From Fidelibacterota bacterium (GTDB lineage: Bacteria > Fidelibacterota > UBA2242): a stretch of 19,755 nucleotides of DNA. The translations under genes and the position numbers were made by a program. The notes beneath the pieces were generated by a model. That model had not been told where the DNA came from. It saw only the letters and a program-made list of their open reading frames with translations, and did no database searches. Position 1 is the first letter of the stretch. The number at the start of each line of letters is the position of its first letter. Of the stretch, positions 1 through 8,867 are shown in pieces. The stretch is taken from positions 1-19,755 of the forward strand of contig JBNGDF010000037.1 of NCBI GenBank assembly GCA_049975265.1. The letters are read 5' to 3'.

Positions 1-916
1 CTCCTCATGTGCCGCCTGCGCGATGCCCAGCGCCTGCGCCGCCACCGCCAGCCGGATCAGGTCCCGGGCGGCGTTTTCACAACCCTCCCGGAACGCAAGG
101 TGGCGAATGACCAGCTCCGACAGAGGCTTTCCCTCATCAGGAACCAGTTTCAGCGGACGCGTGAGGATTTTCAGAATTGAATAGATGCCACCATAGTGGC
201 TGATCACCGTATTCTTAAACCGCGTCTGATCCCAGAGACTGAGCGCCGCTACCAGTGAATCCTGCTGAAACGCCAGATAGGTATTTCCCGGAAAAAAATC
301 CTTCTGTTGGTATAATGTCGCCAGGTATTTTTCAATCCAGTCAGGCTTGAGTTCGTAATGTCTGTAAAATTGCCGGTACAGATCCGCCATTTCACACAAA
401 TCGCTTGCCGTGGCACAGCGGATTTTATATCGCGCCGACGGACTCCTACCCGGCATGAGAATCAGATTTCTGACCCGATACCGGCTGATCGGATCAAAAC
501 GGGGAATCCCGGCGCGTCCCGAAAGCAGCGCCTCCATCGCCCGGTTGGCACCGATCACCAGAATAAAAACCGAATTTCACCGGCGTCTCTATTAAAAAAC
601 CCATGACATGTTTCATCAGCCGGAATGCCAGTAACCGGTTTTGCGCCGGATTCTCGATCTTGATACCACCGATATAGGCAACGGGAATCGGTACCTCCCG
701 GTAGAGCACATTGCGGAAAACCACCGCCACCGTGCCGATGATGCGTCCGGCGTCGTCCGCCACGAAAACCGACGCCTGATCACCCAGCAATTCATCGATA
801 TAAAAGTAGTCCGGTGTCCGGTCATTATTGACCACCAGCCGTGCCGCCATGGGCGAGCGGCGGGAGAGTTCCAGCAAAGCCTGATTGTCGGCGGGTGTGG
901 CTTGACGAATTTTCAC
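1..916 (-). pseudogene. GNAT-family N-acetyltransferase (probably tandem GNAT folds), split by a 1-nt frameshift in an A5 run at 565-569 and open at the window edge; pseudogene or sequencing error
   Basis: GTG start at 916 with an AAGGA RBS (rc of 921-925). N-terminus VKIRQATPADNQALLEL...VAYIGGIKI is GNAT-like. Removing one A at 565-569 gives ...VKFGFILVIGANRAMEALLSGRAGIPRF...YKIRCATASDLCEMADLY..., with no stop down to position 1. Confidence 0.75.
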
Positions 917-1072
917 GGAATCCTTTACTGAGCAATTGATGTAAATATTAGAGTAGACGGTGATAACATGCAAGGCGAATATTGCCCGCCGATTCAAATT
1001 TTAAGCATGCTTCACCATTTGTCACCGTTTGTTTCCTGATTTACTTTCTCCGAAATATGTGTAAATTTGCGC

Positions 1073-2791
1073 ATGAAAAATTTCCTGCTTGCCTTTTTAA
1101 TCCCCCTCCAAATCCTCAGCGCCACCAGCCCCGGCGACAGCCTCCGCCAATTAATCAATCATTCTGAGGGTTCTCAAAAAGTGGCGCTCCTGATTCAGCT
1201 GGGAAACCGTACGATCATAAACTCCCGACCGGATGCCGTAGCGGTATATGAAGAAGCCATTGATCTGGCAAAAAGCCTGAACGACAAGCCAGCACTCAGC
1301 GATGCCCTCTATGCCGCCGGCGAAAATTACTACCATCTCGGTCGTCAGCAAACCGCCATTCTGCGCTTGCAGGAATCGCTTCAGACCGCTGAAGAGCTTC
1401 AGGATTCCAGCCGAATCGGCGCCTGCCTCCTGCGGCTCGGCAACGCCACGGCACAGCTCAACGAACAGGATAAAGCCGAGCAGTATTACCTGGACGCCCT
1501 GAGTGTCATTCAATCGCTTAATGACCCGATTTTAGCCGGGCGGACCCTGAACAACCTGGCGAATCTGTACGGACAGTGGGGTCAGTATGTGGAGGCGTTG
1601 AATATGTTTGACCGCGTCCAGGAGTATTACAAGGAAGCCGGATTTATTGAAGGATTGGGCTGGCTCAATTTCTCCATTGCCCGCCTCTATAAGCAATTTT
1701 CAGATTATGAAAATGCCCTCAAATATGCGCAGCTGGGACTTGAATATTACCTGGAATTGAATCGCCAGACCGGCGATAGCACCGGCATCATGATCAGCTA
1801 TGGACAGTTGGGCGATATTTACATTCAAATGGGGAAAATGAACGAGGCGCTGCAATATCACAAAGCAGCCCTGAGACTGCGTAAAAAAACTGGCGTTAAA
1901 TCGGCGATTGCCGACGGCTACCGCGGGCTCGGAGAAATCTATTACTTTCAACAAGACTACCCGAAAGCGTTGGGGTATTTCCAAAATGCATTGCAACTGC
2001 GCGAAGAAGCCCGGGCGACGCTGGGCGCCGCCTCGTTGATGAAATATGTCGGACTGATCCACCTGGAACAGGGCGATATTAAAAAAGGGCGCAACTATCT
2101 GCTCGGCGCGCTGGCGCTGGCGCGGAAAAGCAAACAGCCCAATATCGAAAAAGAGGTGCTGGGCAAAATCGCCGATATTTATCTCGATGCTCAGGATTAT
2201 AAAAAAGCCAGCGACTATTTTCACCGCTACATCGCCATCAGCGACAGCATTATCAACTTCGAAATTTCCAACAAAATCACGTCCTATCTCGTAAATACGG
2301 AAATTGAAAAACAGCAAAAGGAGAAGGAGCTGTTGGCGCAGGCGAAACGGATCACCGAGCTGGAATTAGCCCAGCAGGAAAATGTTAAAAATATTCTGAT
2401 TATTCTGATTGTCTCAGCTCTGCTCATTCTGAGCGGTTTCTGGATTCTGTATAGGCAGAAAAGCCGGGATAACCACCTGCTCAGGGAGAAAAATGCCCAG
2501 ATGCTCCAGGAACACCAGCAATTGGAAGAGGAAATCACCGAGCGGGAACGCATCGAAAAAGAGCGGGAAACACTGATCGGCGAATTGAAAGAGTCGCTCA
2601 GCCATATCAAAACCCTCAGCGGGTTGATTCCTATCTGTGCCCATTGTAAAAAAATCCGCAACGATCAGGGCTATTACGAACAGCTGGAAAAATACATTAT
2701 GGATAACTCCGACGCCGTTTTCAGTCACGGTATCTGCCCGGAATGTATGAAAGATCTCTATCCGGATCTCATAGACCCAAAAACCGATTAA
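1073..2791 (+). CDS. Membrane-anchored tetratricopeptide-repeat sensor-like protein with C-terminal ICxxCKKIR...SHGICPxC domain
   Basis: Signal-peptide-like MKNFLLAFLIPLQILSA (ATG at 1073; ORF track starts at 1067), many TPR-like repeats (e.g. TLNNLANLYGQWGQYVEAL, SYGQLGDIYIQMGKMNEALQYHKAAL), one TM helix (ILIILIVSALLILSGFWILY), a coiled coil, then GLIPICAHCKKIRNDQGYY...FSHGICPECMKDLYP. Confidence 0.85.
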   Translation: MKNFLLAFLIPLQILSATSPGDSLRQLINHSEGSQKVALLIQLGNRTIINSRPDAVAVYEEAIDLAKSLNDKPALSDALYAAGENYYHLGRQQTAILRLQESLQTAEELQDSSRIGACLLRLGNATAQLNEQDKAEQYYLDALSVIQSLNDPILAGRTLNNLANLYGQWGQYVEALNMFDRVQEYYKEAGFIEGLGWLNFSIARLYKQFSDYENALKYAQLGLEYYLELNRQTGDSTGIMISYGQLGDIYIQMGKMNEALQYHKAALRLRKKTGVKSAIADGYRGLGEIYYFQQDYPKALGYFQNALQLREEARATLGAASLMKYVGLIHLEQGDIKKGRNYLLGALALARKSKQPNIEKEVLGKIADIYLDAQDYKKASDYFHRYIAISDSIINFEISNKITSYLVNTEIEKQQKEKELLAQAKRITELELAQQENVKNILIILIVSALLILSGFWILYRQKSRDNHLLREKNAQMLQEHQQLEEEITERERIEKERETLIGELKESLSHIKTLSGLIPICAHCKKIRNDQGYYEQLEKYIMDNSDAVFSHGICPECMKDLYPDLIDPKTD

Positions 2792-2808
2792 GTATCTTTC
2801 AAGGATAT

Positions 2809-2831
2809 AAAAAGTCCCGGAAGTACCGGGA
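2809..2831 (-). terminator. Putative intrinsic terminator between convergent genes
   Basis: TCCCGG-aagta-CCGGGA hairpin, followed on the minus strand by CTTTTT; lies between the TPR gene stop and the HD-GYP gene stop. Confidence 0.45.
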
Positions 2832-2928
2832 ATATGGATTCTTTTATGCTTCTGTGGCTCACCGGAAGTTATATTCTCTTTACCATCGGGAAGCAAAGTG
2901 TCTTATAGAGACCGCAAGGCATTTTTGC

Positions 2929-3843
2929 CTATTCGATTTTCCGTATCCCGGGCGGAGGAATACAGGTTTTTATAGTCAGTAAGTTATTCTGAGCCAGATC
3001 AATGATTTGATGCCTGACACCCTGTCCTTTCGCATCAAATAATATTTTTACCTGGGGACGATTCGGAAAATGTCGGTCGGTTCTGACGACTTTGGCAACT
3101 TCTCCCGAATTCAGTCTGACGTAGCAGCCGACGGGATAGATCGATATGGTCTCAATCAGGGCTTTCATCAACGGCCGGGAAAACCGTTTGCCCTCCTGTT
3201 TGATCAGTTCCTGAATCCCCTCCGGTGGGATCAGGGCGTCCCGGTGATTGCGGGGATGAATCAGCGATTCGTAAATATCAATCAGCGACAGAATCTGAGC
3301 GGTCGGGAGAATCTCTTTTTCGCTCAGGCGCTTCGGATATCCCGAACCATCCCCCTTTTCATGATGTTGAAACACCGCTTGCGCCAGTTCCTCCAGTCGC
3401 TTGTCAGACCCGACAATGATTTCATATCCGAACCAGGAGTGGTTCTTGACCGTATTGATTTCTTCCGGTCCCAACTCTGCCACCATTTTACGCATAATGT
3501 CGACATCCAGACGAGCAACCCCGATATCGTGCAGCAACGCCGCTGCGCAGACCCGGATCAAATCATCCCCGGTGTACCCGTTTCCCCGCGCCACGACCGT
3601 CGCAAAAATAGCGGTATTGATGACATGACTCCGGGTTATGTCGGCAGTATCAAAGTAGTAAATTGCAAAAGAATTCAACTGTTCCGATTGTTCCGTTGAA
3701 TCAACAATTCGTTTCGCCAATTCAAATAACTGCGCAACGGTGATCTTTCCGGTTTCACGAACTTCCCGCTCTTTTTGAACGACATAGCGCAAGGCTTGGA
3801 TATAGACATCTTTTGCAGCCGGTGAAAATTTTTCTGATTCCAT
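2929..3843 (-). CDS. HD-GYP domain protein (putative cyclic di-GMP phosphodiesterase)
   Basis: Motifs SHVINTA, ALLHDIG, HSWFG, QHHEKGDGSGYP and IDIYESL, plus the C-terminal YPVGCYVRLNSGEVAKV module common in HD-GYP proteins. Confidence 0.9.
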   Translation of the reverse strand: MESEKFSPAAKDVYIQALRYVVQKEREVRETGKITVAQLFELAKRIVDSTEQSEQLNSFAIYYFDTADITRSHVINTAIFATVVARGNGYTGDDLIRVCAAALLHDIGVARLDVDIMRKMVAELGPEEINTVKNHSWFGYEIIVGSDKRLEELAQAVFQHHEKGDGSGYPKRLSEKEILPTAQILSLIDIYESLIHPRNHRDALIPPEGIQELIKQEGKRFSRPLMKALIETISIYPVGCYVRLNSGEVAKVVRTDRHFPNRPQVKILFDAKGQGVRHQIIDLAQNNLLTIKTCIPPPGIRKIE

Positions 3844-4213
3844 CTGATTCTTCCTGTGTTGGTTTTAATATAGGAAATGAAAACGAATACTTCAATCAAT
3901 GTTAATAAAACGCCACTTGGAATCAACTCCAACAGGCATTCCTTGCTCCTACCTGCCTCGTAAATATAAAACAAAACCTTCTAAGAGGCTCGTTCGGTCT
4001 GCGGAGAGTCTTGCGAAATATTCCGGAACTCTCGTTTACTTCCCGCCTTGCACCTTTCACGTTTTACTCCTAACCAACCCGCTCCCCGGTTTTCTGTTAT
4101 TTGAAATAAATTTGCCAAAATTTTTTAAATCCGGGTTGACAATTGTAAAAATAACCGCAATATTCCGGCGTTGTTATCAGTTAAGAGAATTTACTCCAAT
4201 TCAAAAAGGTCCT

Positions 4214-5470
4214 ATGGCACATTTAAACTTCAGAAATTTAATAAAAACCCTCGGACCGGGCATTTTGTTCGCCGGTGCTGCTATCGGCGGGTCACACCTT
4301 GTCCAATCCACCCGGGCAGGCGCCAGCTACGGTTTTGATCTACTCTTCATCGTAATCCTGATCAATCTGTTCAAGTACCCATTTTTCGAATTTGGTAACC
4401 GCTATACCGCCGCCACCGGTGAGAGCATCCTGCAAGGTTACGCCAAACTCGGAAAATCGACACTCTGGGTTTTCTACATTATGAATATTTTCACCTCGGT
4501 CATCAACGGCGCAGCAGTCACCCTCGTCACCGCCGGTCTCTGCGCCAACCTGTTCGGAATAACACTCACTCCAGCAACCGTCAGTCTCATTATTCTGGCA
4601 ATTGTCACCATAGTACTCTTTGTCGGGCGTTATGCCGTACTCGACTCTGTCATGAAAGTCATGATCACTCTGCTGGCAATCGCCACGATTATTACCGTCT
4701 TCGTAGCTCTGGGAATCGATACCGGCTTCGCTGACCGCAGCCAGTTTGCCAAACCGGATTTGTGGAGTGCCGCCGGGATCGCCTTTCTGCTGGCACTCAT
4801 GGGCTGGATGCCGGCTCCCATCGAAATCTCCGTCTGGCCGTCACTCTGGGCGCTGGAACGTAGCAAACAGACTCACTACCGCCCCACGCTCAAAGAAGCT
4901 CTGCTCGACTTCCACATCGGCTATATCGGAACCACCGTGATCGCCATCTTTTTTGTTGGGCTCGGGGCTCTTGTCATGTTCGGCACCGGTGAGGTTTTTT
5001 CCAACAACAGCGTCATATTCTCGTTCCAACTCGTCTCTCTCTATACGAAAACCATCGGTGAATGGAGCCGGTTCATCATTGCCGCCATTGTCTTCACCAC
5101 CATGCTCAGTACAACGCTGACGGTCTTTGACGCCTACCCCCGAACACTCGCCGGCTCCCTGCAGCTGCTCTCGCCTAAACGCTTCGGAAAGAGAACCTTC
5201 CTTTACCATGTCTGGGCGCTGCTTATGGTGATTGCCGCGTTTATCATCATTACCGGCTTTACCAGCGGGATCAAAACTTTGATGGATTTTGCCACAATTA
5301 TCGCCTTCCTGGCGGCACCCGTTTTCGCCATCATCAATTACCGGGTGGTAACCGCCCCTTTCATGCCGGTGAAATATCAGCCGCCAAAATGGCTCCGAAT
5401 CCTCAGCTGGAGCGGCATCATCTTTTTAATTGCCTTTTCACTGGTCTATATCGTCAGCATTCTGTTCTGA
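4214..5470 (+). CDS. Nramp-like (LeuT/APC-fold) membrane transporter
   Basis: ATG at 4214 after AAAAGGT (the ORF-track extension from 3899 looks spurious). LGPGILFAGAAIGGSHLVQSTRAGASYGFDLL matches the Nramp-type N-terminus; about 11 hydrophobic segments; GWMPAP in the TM6 region. Confidence 0.85.
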   Translation: MAHLNFRNLIKTLGPGILFAGAAIGGSHLVQSTRAGASYGFDLLFIVILINLFKYPFFEFGNRYTAATGESILQGYAKLGKSTLWVFYIMNIFTSVINGAAVTLVTAGLCANLFGITLTPATVSLIILAIVTIVLFVGRYAVLDSVMKVMITLLAIATIITVFVALGIDTGFADRSQFAKPDLWSAAGIAFLLALMGWMPAPIEISVWPSLWALERSKQTHYRPTLKEALLDFHIGYIGTTVIAIFFVGLGALVMFGTGEVFSNNSVIFSFQLVSLYTKTIGEWSRFIIAAIVFTTMLSTTLTVFDAYPRTLAGSLQLLSPKRFGKRTFLYHVWALLMVIAAFIIITGFTSGIKTLMDFATIIAFLAAPVFAIINYRVVTAPFMPVKYQPPKWLRILSWSGIIFLIAFSLVYIVSILF

Positions 5471-5502
5471 ATGTCATAAAACCGGCGACAGCTATCCAGG
5501 TT

Positions 5503-5534
5503 AAAAAAAAAGGGCGCTTGAAGATGCGCCCTTT
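5503..5534 (-). terminator. Intrinsic terminator of the aminotransferase-serA-DUF1015 operon (possibly bidirectional)
   Basis: AAAGGGCGC-ttgaagat-GCGCCCTTT stem-loop adjoining an A9 run (U9 on the minus strand), about 30 nt after the DUF1015 stop. Confidence 0.8.
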
Positions 5535-5561
5535 CCCAACAAACCCACACAAAGGAGCGGT

Positions 5562-6809
5562 TTATTCCAAAGAATGAATTATCAGACCGCTGCGCAGCTT
5601 GGGTTCAAACCAGGTGGTTTTCGGCGGCATGATCCGACCGGCGTCGGCAATTGCCATAAGCTGTTCAATGGCGACCGGATAGAGCGCAAAAGCGACCGCC
5701 ATTTCGCCGGAATCGACCCGCCTCTCTAACTCGCCGAGACCGCGAATACCACCCACAAAATCGACGCGTTCATCGGTCCGCAAATCGCCGATTCCAAGAA
5801 TCGGTTGAAGGATATTTTTCGTCAGAATTGAGACATCGAGGCTGTCCACCGGATCGTTGGAATCAAAAATTCCCGGTCTGGCGTGCAGCCGGTACCAGTG
5901 CCGATTCAGATACATACCGAAGCTGTTGGCAGCTGATGGTTTCGCCGATTCCCGGCTGTCAACCGGCGTAACCGTAAATTTTTCGGCTGCCTTCTCCAAA
6001 AGCTCCGGCTCGCTGAGACCGTTCAGGTCGCGGACGACCCGATTATAATCGATGATCTTCAACTGATTGTGAGGAAAAAGAACCGCCAGGAACCAGTTGT
6101 ACTCTTCCTTACCGGTATGCCGGGGATTGGCTTTTCGGCGCATTTCACCCACCATTGCAGCAGATTTGGAGCGGTGGTGACCGTCGGCAACATAGCTGTG
6201 GGGAATCCGCTCAAAGTTTCGGATCATGGATGTGATGGTCGCACCATTGTCAACGACCCAAAGTGTATGGCAGACGCCGTCGGCGGCAGAAAAGTCGTAT
6301 TCCGGCTCGGCATTGACGGTCTTTTTGACAATCTCATCGATCTCCTCGTCGGCACGATAGGTCAGAAAAACCGGTCCGGTGTTGGCATTGGTGTAATTGA
6401 CATGGTTGATCCGGTCCTTTTCTTTGGCTGCCCGGGTCAGCTCATGAATTTTGATTCTTCCGTCAAGATAATCATCCACCGCGGCATCCACCACCAGCCC
6501 GTACTGTTCATGACCGTCCATTATCTGGCGATAGACATACAGACACTCCTGTGGGTCCTGAATCAGCCAACCCTTTTGCCGCATTGCCTGTAGGTTTTCG
6601 GCGGCTTTCCGGTAGACCTTTTCATCATAGGGATTAATCCCGTCGGGCAGATCGATTTCCGATTTGACTACATGCAGGAAGGAATAGGGATTGCCGGCGG
6701 CTTCGCGGCGGGCTTCCGCGGAATTCAGAACATCATAGGGTCGCGAGGCGATTCTGTCCGCCAGTTCCTTCCGCGGGCGAATGCCCTTTAATCCTTTAAT
6801 CTTTACCAT
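5562..6809 (-). CDS. DUF1015 family protein
   Basis: Recognisable motifs PYDV, IKIHELT, YVADGHHR, YNRVV and MPPKTTWFEPKLRSGL; 415 aa; directly downstream of serA, the usual context for this family. Confidence 0.9.
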   Translation of the reverse strand: MVKIKGLKGIRPRKELADRIASRPYDVLNSAEARREAAGNPYSFLHVVKSEIDLPDGINPYDEKVYRKAAENLQAMRQKGWLIQDPQECLYVYRQIMDGHEQYGLVVDAAVDDYLDGRIKIHELTRAAKEKDRINHVNYTNANTGPVFLTYRADEEIDEIVKKTVNAEPEYDFSAADGVCHTLWVVDNGATITSMIRNFERIPHSYVADGHHRSKSAAMVGEMRRKANPRHTGKEEYNWFLAVLFPHNQLKIIDYNRVVRDLNGLSEPELLEKAAEKFTVTPVDSRESAKPSAANSFGMYLNRHWYRLHARPGIFDSNDPVDSLDVSILTKNILQPILGIGDLRTDERVDFVGGIRGLGELERRVDSGEMAVAFALYPVAIEQLMAIADAGRIMPPKTTWFEPKLRSGLIIHSLE

Positions 6810-6827
6810 AACAGTACCCCGGATTGT

Positions 6828-7721
6828 TCAGTTTTTCAAAACGGCGACAATTTTTTCGGCAATCTGGATACCTACGCGGTCCTGCGCCTCTTTGGTGCTG
6901 GCTCCGATATGGGGCGTAACCGATACATTGGGATGGTTGACCAGTTCCGGATTGGGGGTCGGCTCATTCTGGAAAGCATCAATCCCGGCGCCGGCAATTT
7001 TGCCTGCCCGCAACGCCTCCAACAAATCGTCTTCATTGATAACGCCGCCGCGGGAGCTGTTGATAATGAACACCGTCGGTTTCATCAGCTCAAATTCGGC
7101 TTTGGTAATCAAATTCTGCGCCTCTTTGGGAACATGCAGTGTAATAAAATCCGACTCCCGGAGCAGCATGTCTTTGCTGACGGCGCTCACCTCAAGATCG
7201 GTTTGATTGTCCATCTGATCGTACACCAGCACCTTCATGCCGAAAGCGAGTGCCATCCTGGCGACGATCTGACCAATGCGTCCAAAGCCGATGATTCCCA
7301 GCGTCTTGCCCGCCAGTTCGTGACCTTTGTAGGCTTTCTTGTTCCACTCCCCCCTGCGCATGGTAATATTCGCCTGGGGAATGAAGCGAGCCAGTGCAAA
7401 CATGTGGGCGAAGACCAGTTCCGCCACCGAGGCAGAATTGGCGCCGGGTGTATTCAGCACCGGAATATCCTTTGACCTGGCATATTCGTGATCAATATTG
7501 TCGATACCGGTGCCGCCGCGGGCGATCAGTTTCAGATTTTTTCCGGCGTCAATGATATCTTTCGTCACTTTCGTAGCGGATCGCACCAGGATACCGTCAT
7601 ATTCGGGAATCACCTGCAACAATTCTTCGTGTTCATAGTGCTGAATATGAAACTCGATTCCATTCTTTTTTAAAATCTCCTGCCCGTATGGGCTGATACC
7701 GTCTGCAATTAGGATTTTCAT
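6828..7721 (-). CDS. serA: D-3-phosphoglycerate dehydrogenase / D-2-hydroxyacid dehydrogenase, short form without ACT domain
   Basis: LVRSATKV, RGGTGIDNID, NTPGANSASVAE, Rossmann GFGRIG, NSSRG and TPHIGASTKEAQ motifs; GGAGG RBS; 297 aa with no regulatory C-terminal domain. Confidence 0.85.
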   Translation of the reverse strand: MKILIADGISPYGQEILKKNGIEFHIQHYEHEELLQVIPEYDGILVRSATKVTKDIIDAGKNLKLIARGGTGIDNIDHEYARSKDIPVLNTPGANSASVAELVFAHMFALARFIPQANITMRRGEWNKKAYKGHELAGKTLGIIGFGRIGQIVARMALAFGMKVLVYDQMDNQTDLEVSAVSKDMLLRESDFITLHVPKEAQNLITKAEFELMKPTVFIINSSRGGVINEDDLLEALRAGKIAGAGIDAFQNEPTPNPELVNHPNVSVTPHIGASTKEAQDRVGIQIAEKIVAVLKN

Positions 7722-7799
7722 TGCCTTTTTCCTCCACTTAATTACCGGAGCCCTCCGACGGCAACATGATCATGCCCGGCGGATTGTCCGGCACCCTGA

Positions 7800-8867
7800 T
7801 CAGATTTCCGTGTCCAGCAGGGCAAGCAACTCCTGCAATTCCGCCACGCTGCGATCCCCCATGTGGGCAATCCGGAAGGTCTTTTCCTTGAGATCGCCGT
7901 AGCCGTTGGAAATCATGTAGCCCTTTTCCCCGATCCGTTTGTTCAGATCGGCAATCGAGATACCCTTTGTATTTTTTACGGTCGTCAGAGTGACGGATTC
8001 ATAACCCTTTGCGGCAAATTGCTCGAAATGCTTGTTTGCCCAGGCGCGGGTGATTTGCGCCATTTCCAGATGACGGGCAAACCGGTTTTCCAATCCCTCG
8101 ACATCGAGGATATAATCCAGCTGTTTGTCCAGTGCAAAGTAGTGCGACAGGGATGGCGTGGAGGGATACTGATAGGGCTTCTTCTGCATGTAATCGTAAA
8201 TAGCAATCAGGTCGAGATAGAGTCCGCGATTCTCCACTGTACGTCCACGCGCCAGGGCCTTTTCACTGATAGTGCAAACCGCCAAACCCGGCGGCAGTGC
8301 CAGCGCCTTCTGGGTGCTGGTGATACAGACATCAATTCCCAGTCTGTCCACCTCAATTTTCACCCCCACCGCCGATGAAACGGCATCCACCAGCCAGAGA
8401 ACGTCGGGATATTTTTTCCTGACTTCGGCGATCTCCTCAACGGGATTCATGACACCAGTGGAGGTTTCATTATGGGTGATGGTAAACACATCGTATTTGC
8501 CGGTGGACAGATACTTGTCCACGGTCTCCGGCAGCGTCGGCTGACCCCACTCGGCTTCCACCTTGTCACAGGGAACACCGTTTACCTGTGCCATTTTCGC
8601 CCAGCGGTTACCAAACGCACCGACCGAAAAGACCACCGCCCGTTTCGCCGTCAGCGAACGAACAGAGCCCTCCATCAACCCGGAACCCGAGGTAGTGGAC
8701 AGCAGAACCGGATTATCCGTATAAAAGACCTTTTGCAGCTTCCGGCAGATACTCTCGCCGAGTGCCGAAGCTTCCTTGGTGCGGTGTCCGATCATAGGCA
8801 TCCCCATGGCTTCCAGGATTTCCGGACGGACATCCACCGGACCGGGAATAAACAGTTTTTTATGCAT
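7800..8867 (-). CDS. Class-V PLP aminotransferase (serine-pyruvate/alanine-glyoxylate family); probable phosphoserine aminotransferase by context
   Basis: LFIPGPV, HNETSTGV, VDAVSS, STQKALALPPGL (PLP lysine) and FRIAHMG motifs. ATG at 8867 follows GGAGGA (rc of 8871-8876). Confidence 0.9.
   Translation of the reverse strand: MHKKLFIPGPVDVRPEILEAMGMPMIGHRTKEASALGESICRKLQKVFYTDNPVLLSTTSGSGLMEGSVRSLTAKRAVVFSVGAFGNRWAKMAQVNGVPCDKVEAEWGQPTLPETVDKYLSTGKYDVFTITHNETSTGVMNPVEEIAEVRKKYPDVLWLVDAVSSAVGVKIEVDRLGIDVCITSTQKALALPPGLAVCTISEKALARGRTVENRGLYLDLIAIYDYMQKKPYQYPSTPSLSHYFALDKQLDYILDVEGLENRFARHLEMAQITRAWANKHFEQFAAKGYESVTLTTVKNTKGISIADLNKRIGEKGYMISNGYGDLKEKTFRIAHMGDRSVAELQELLALLDTEI

Noticed and set aside
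4136..4164. Sigma70 promoter (TTGACA at 4136-4141) overlapping an ACAATTGT palindrome
   Set aside because: The -35 is perfect but there is no convincing -10 at 16-18 nt, and the palindrome is too short to assign an operator.
3899..4213. 105-aa N-terminal extension of the transporter in the ORF track
   Set aside because: Family similarity and an RBS begin at ATG 4214; the region is AT-rich divergent promoter sequence.
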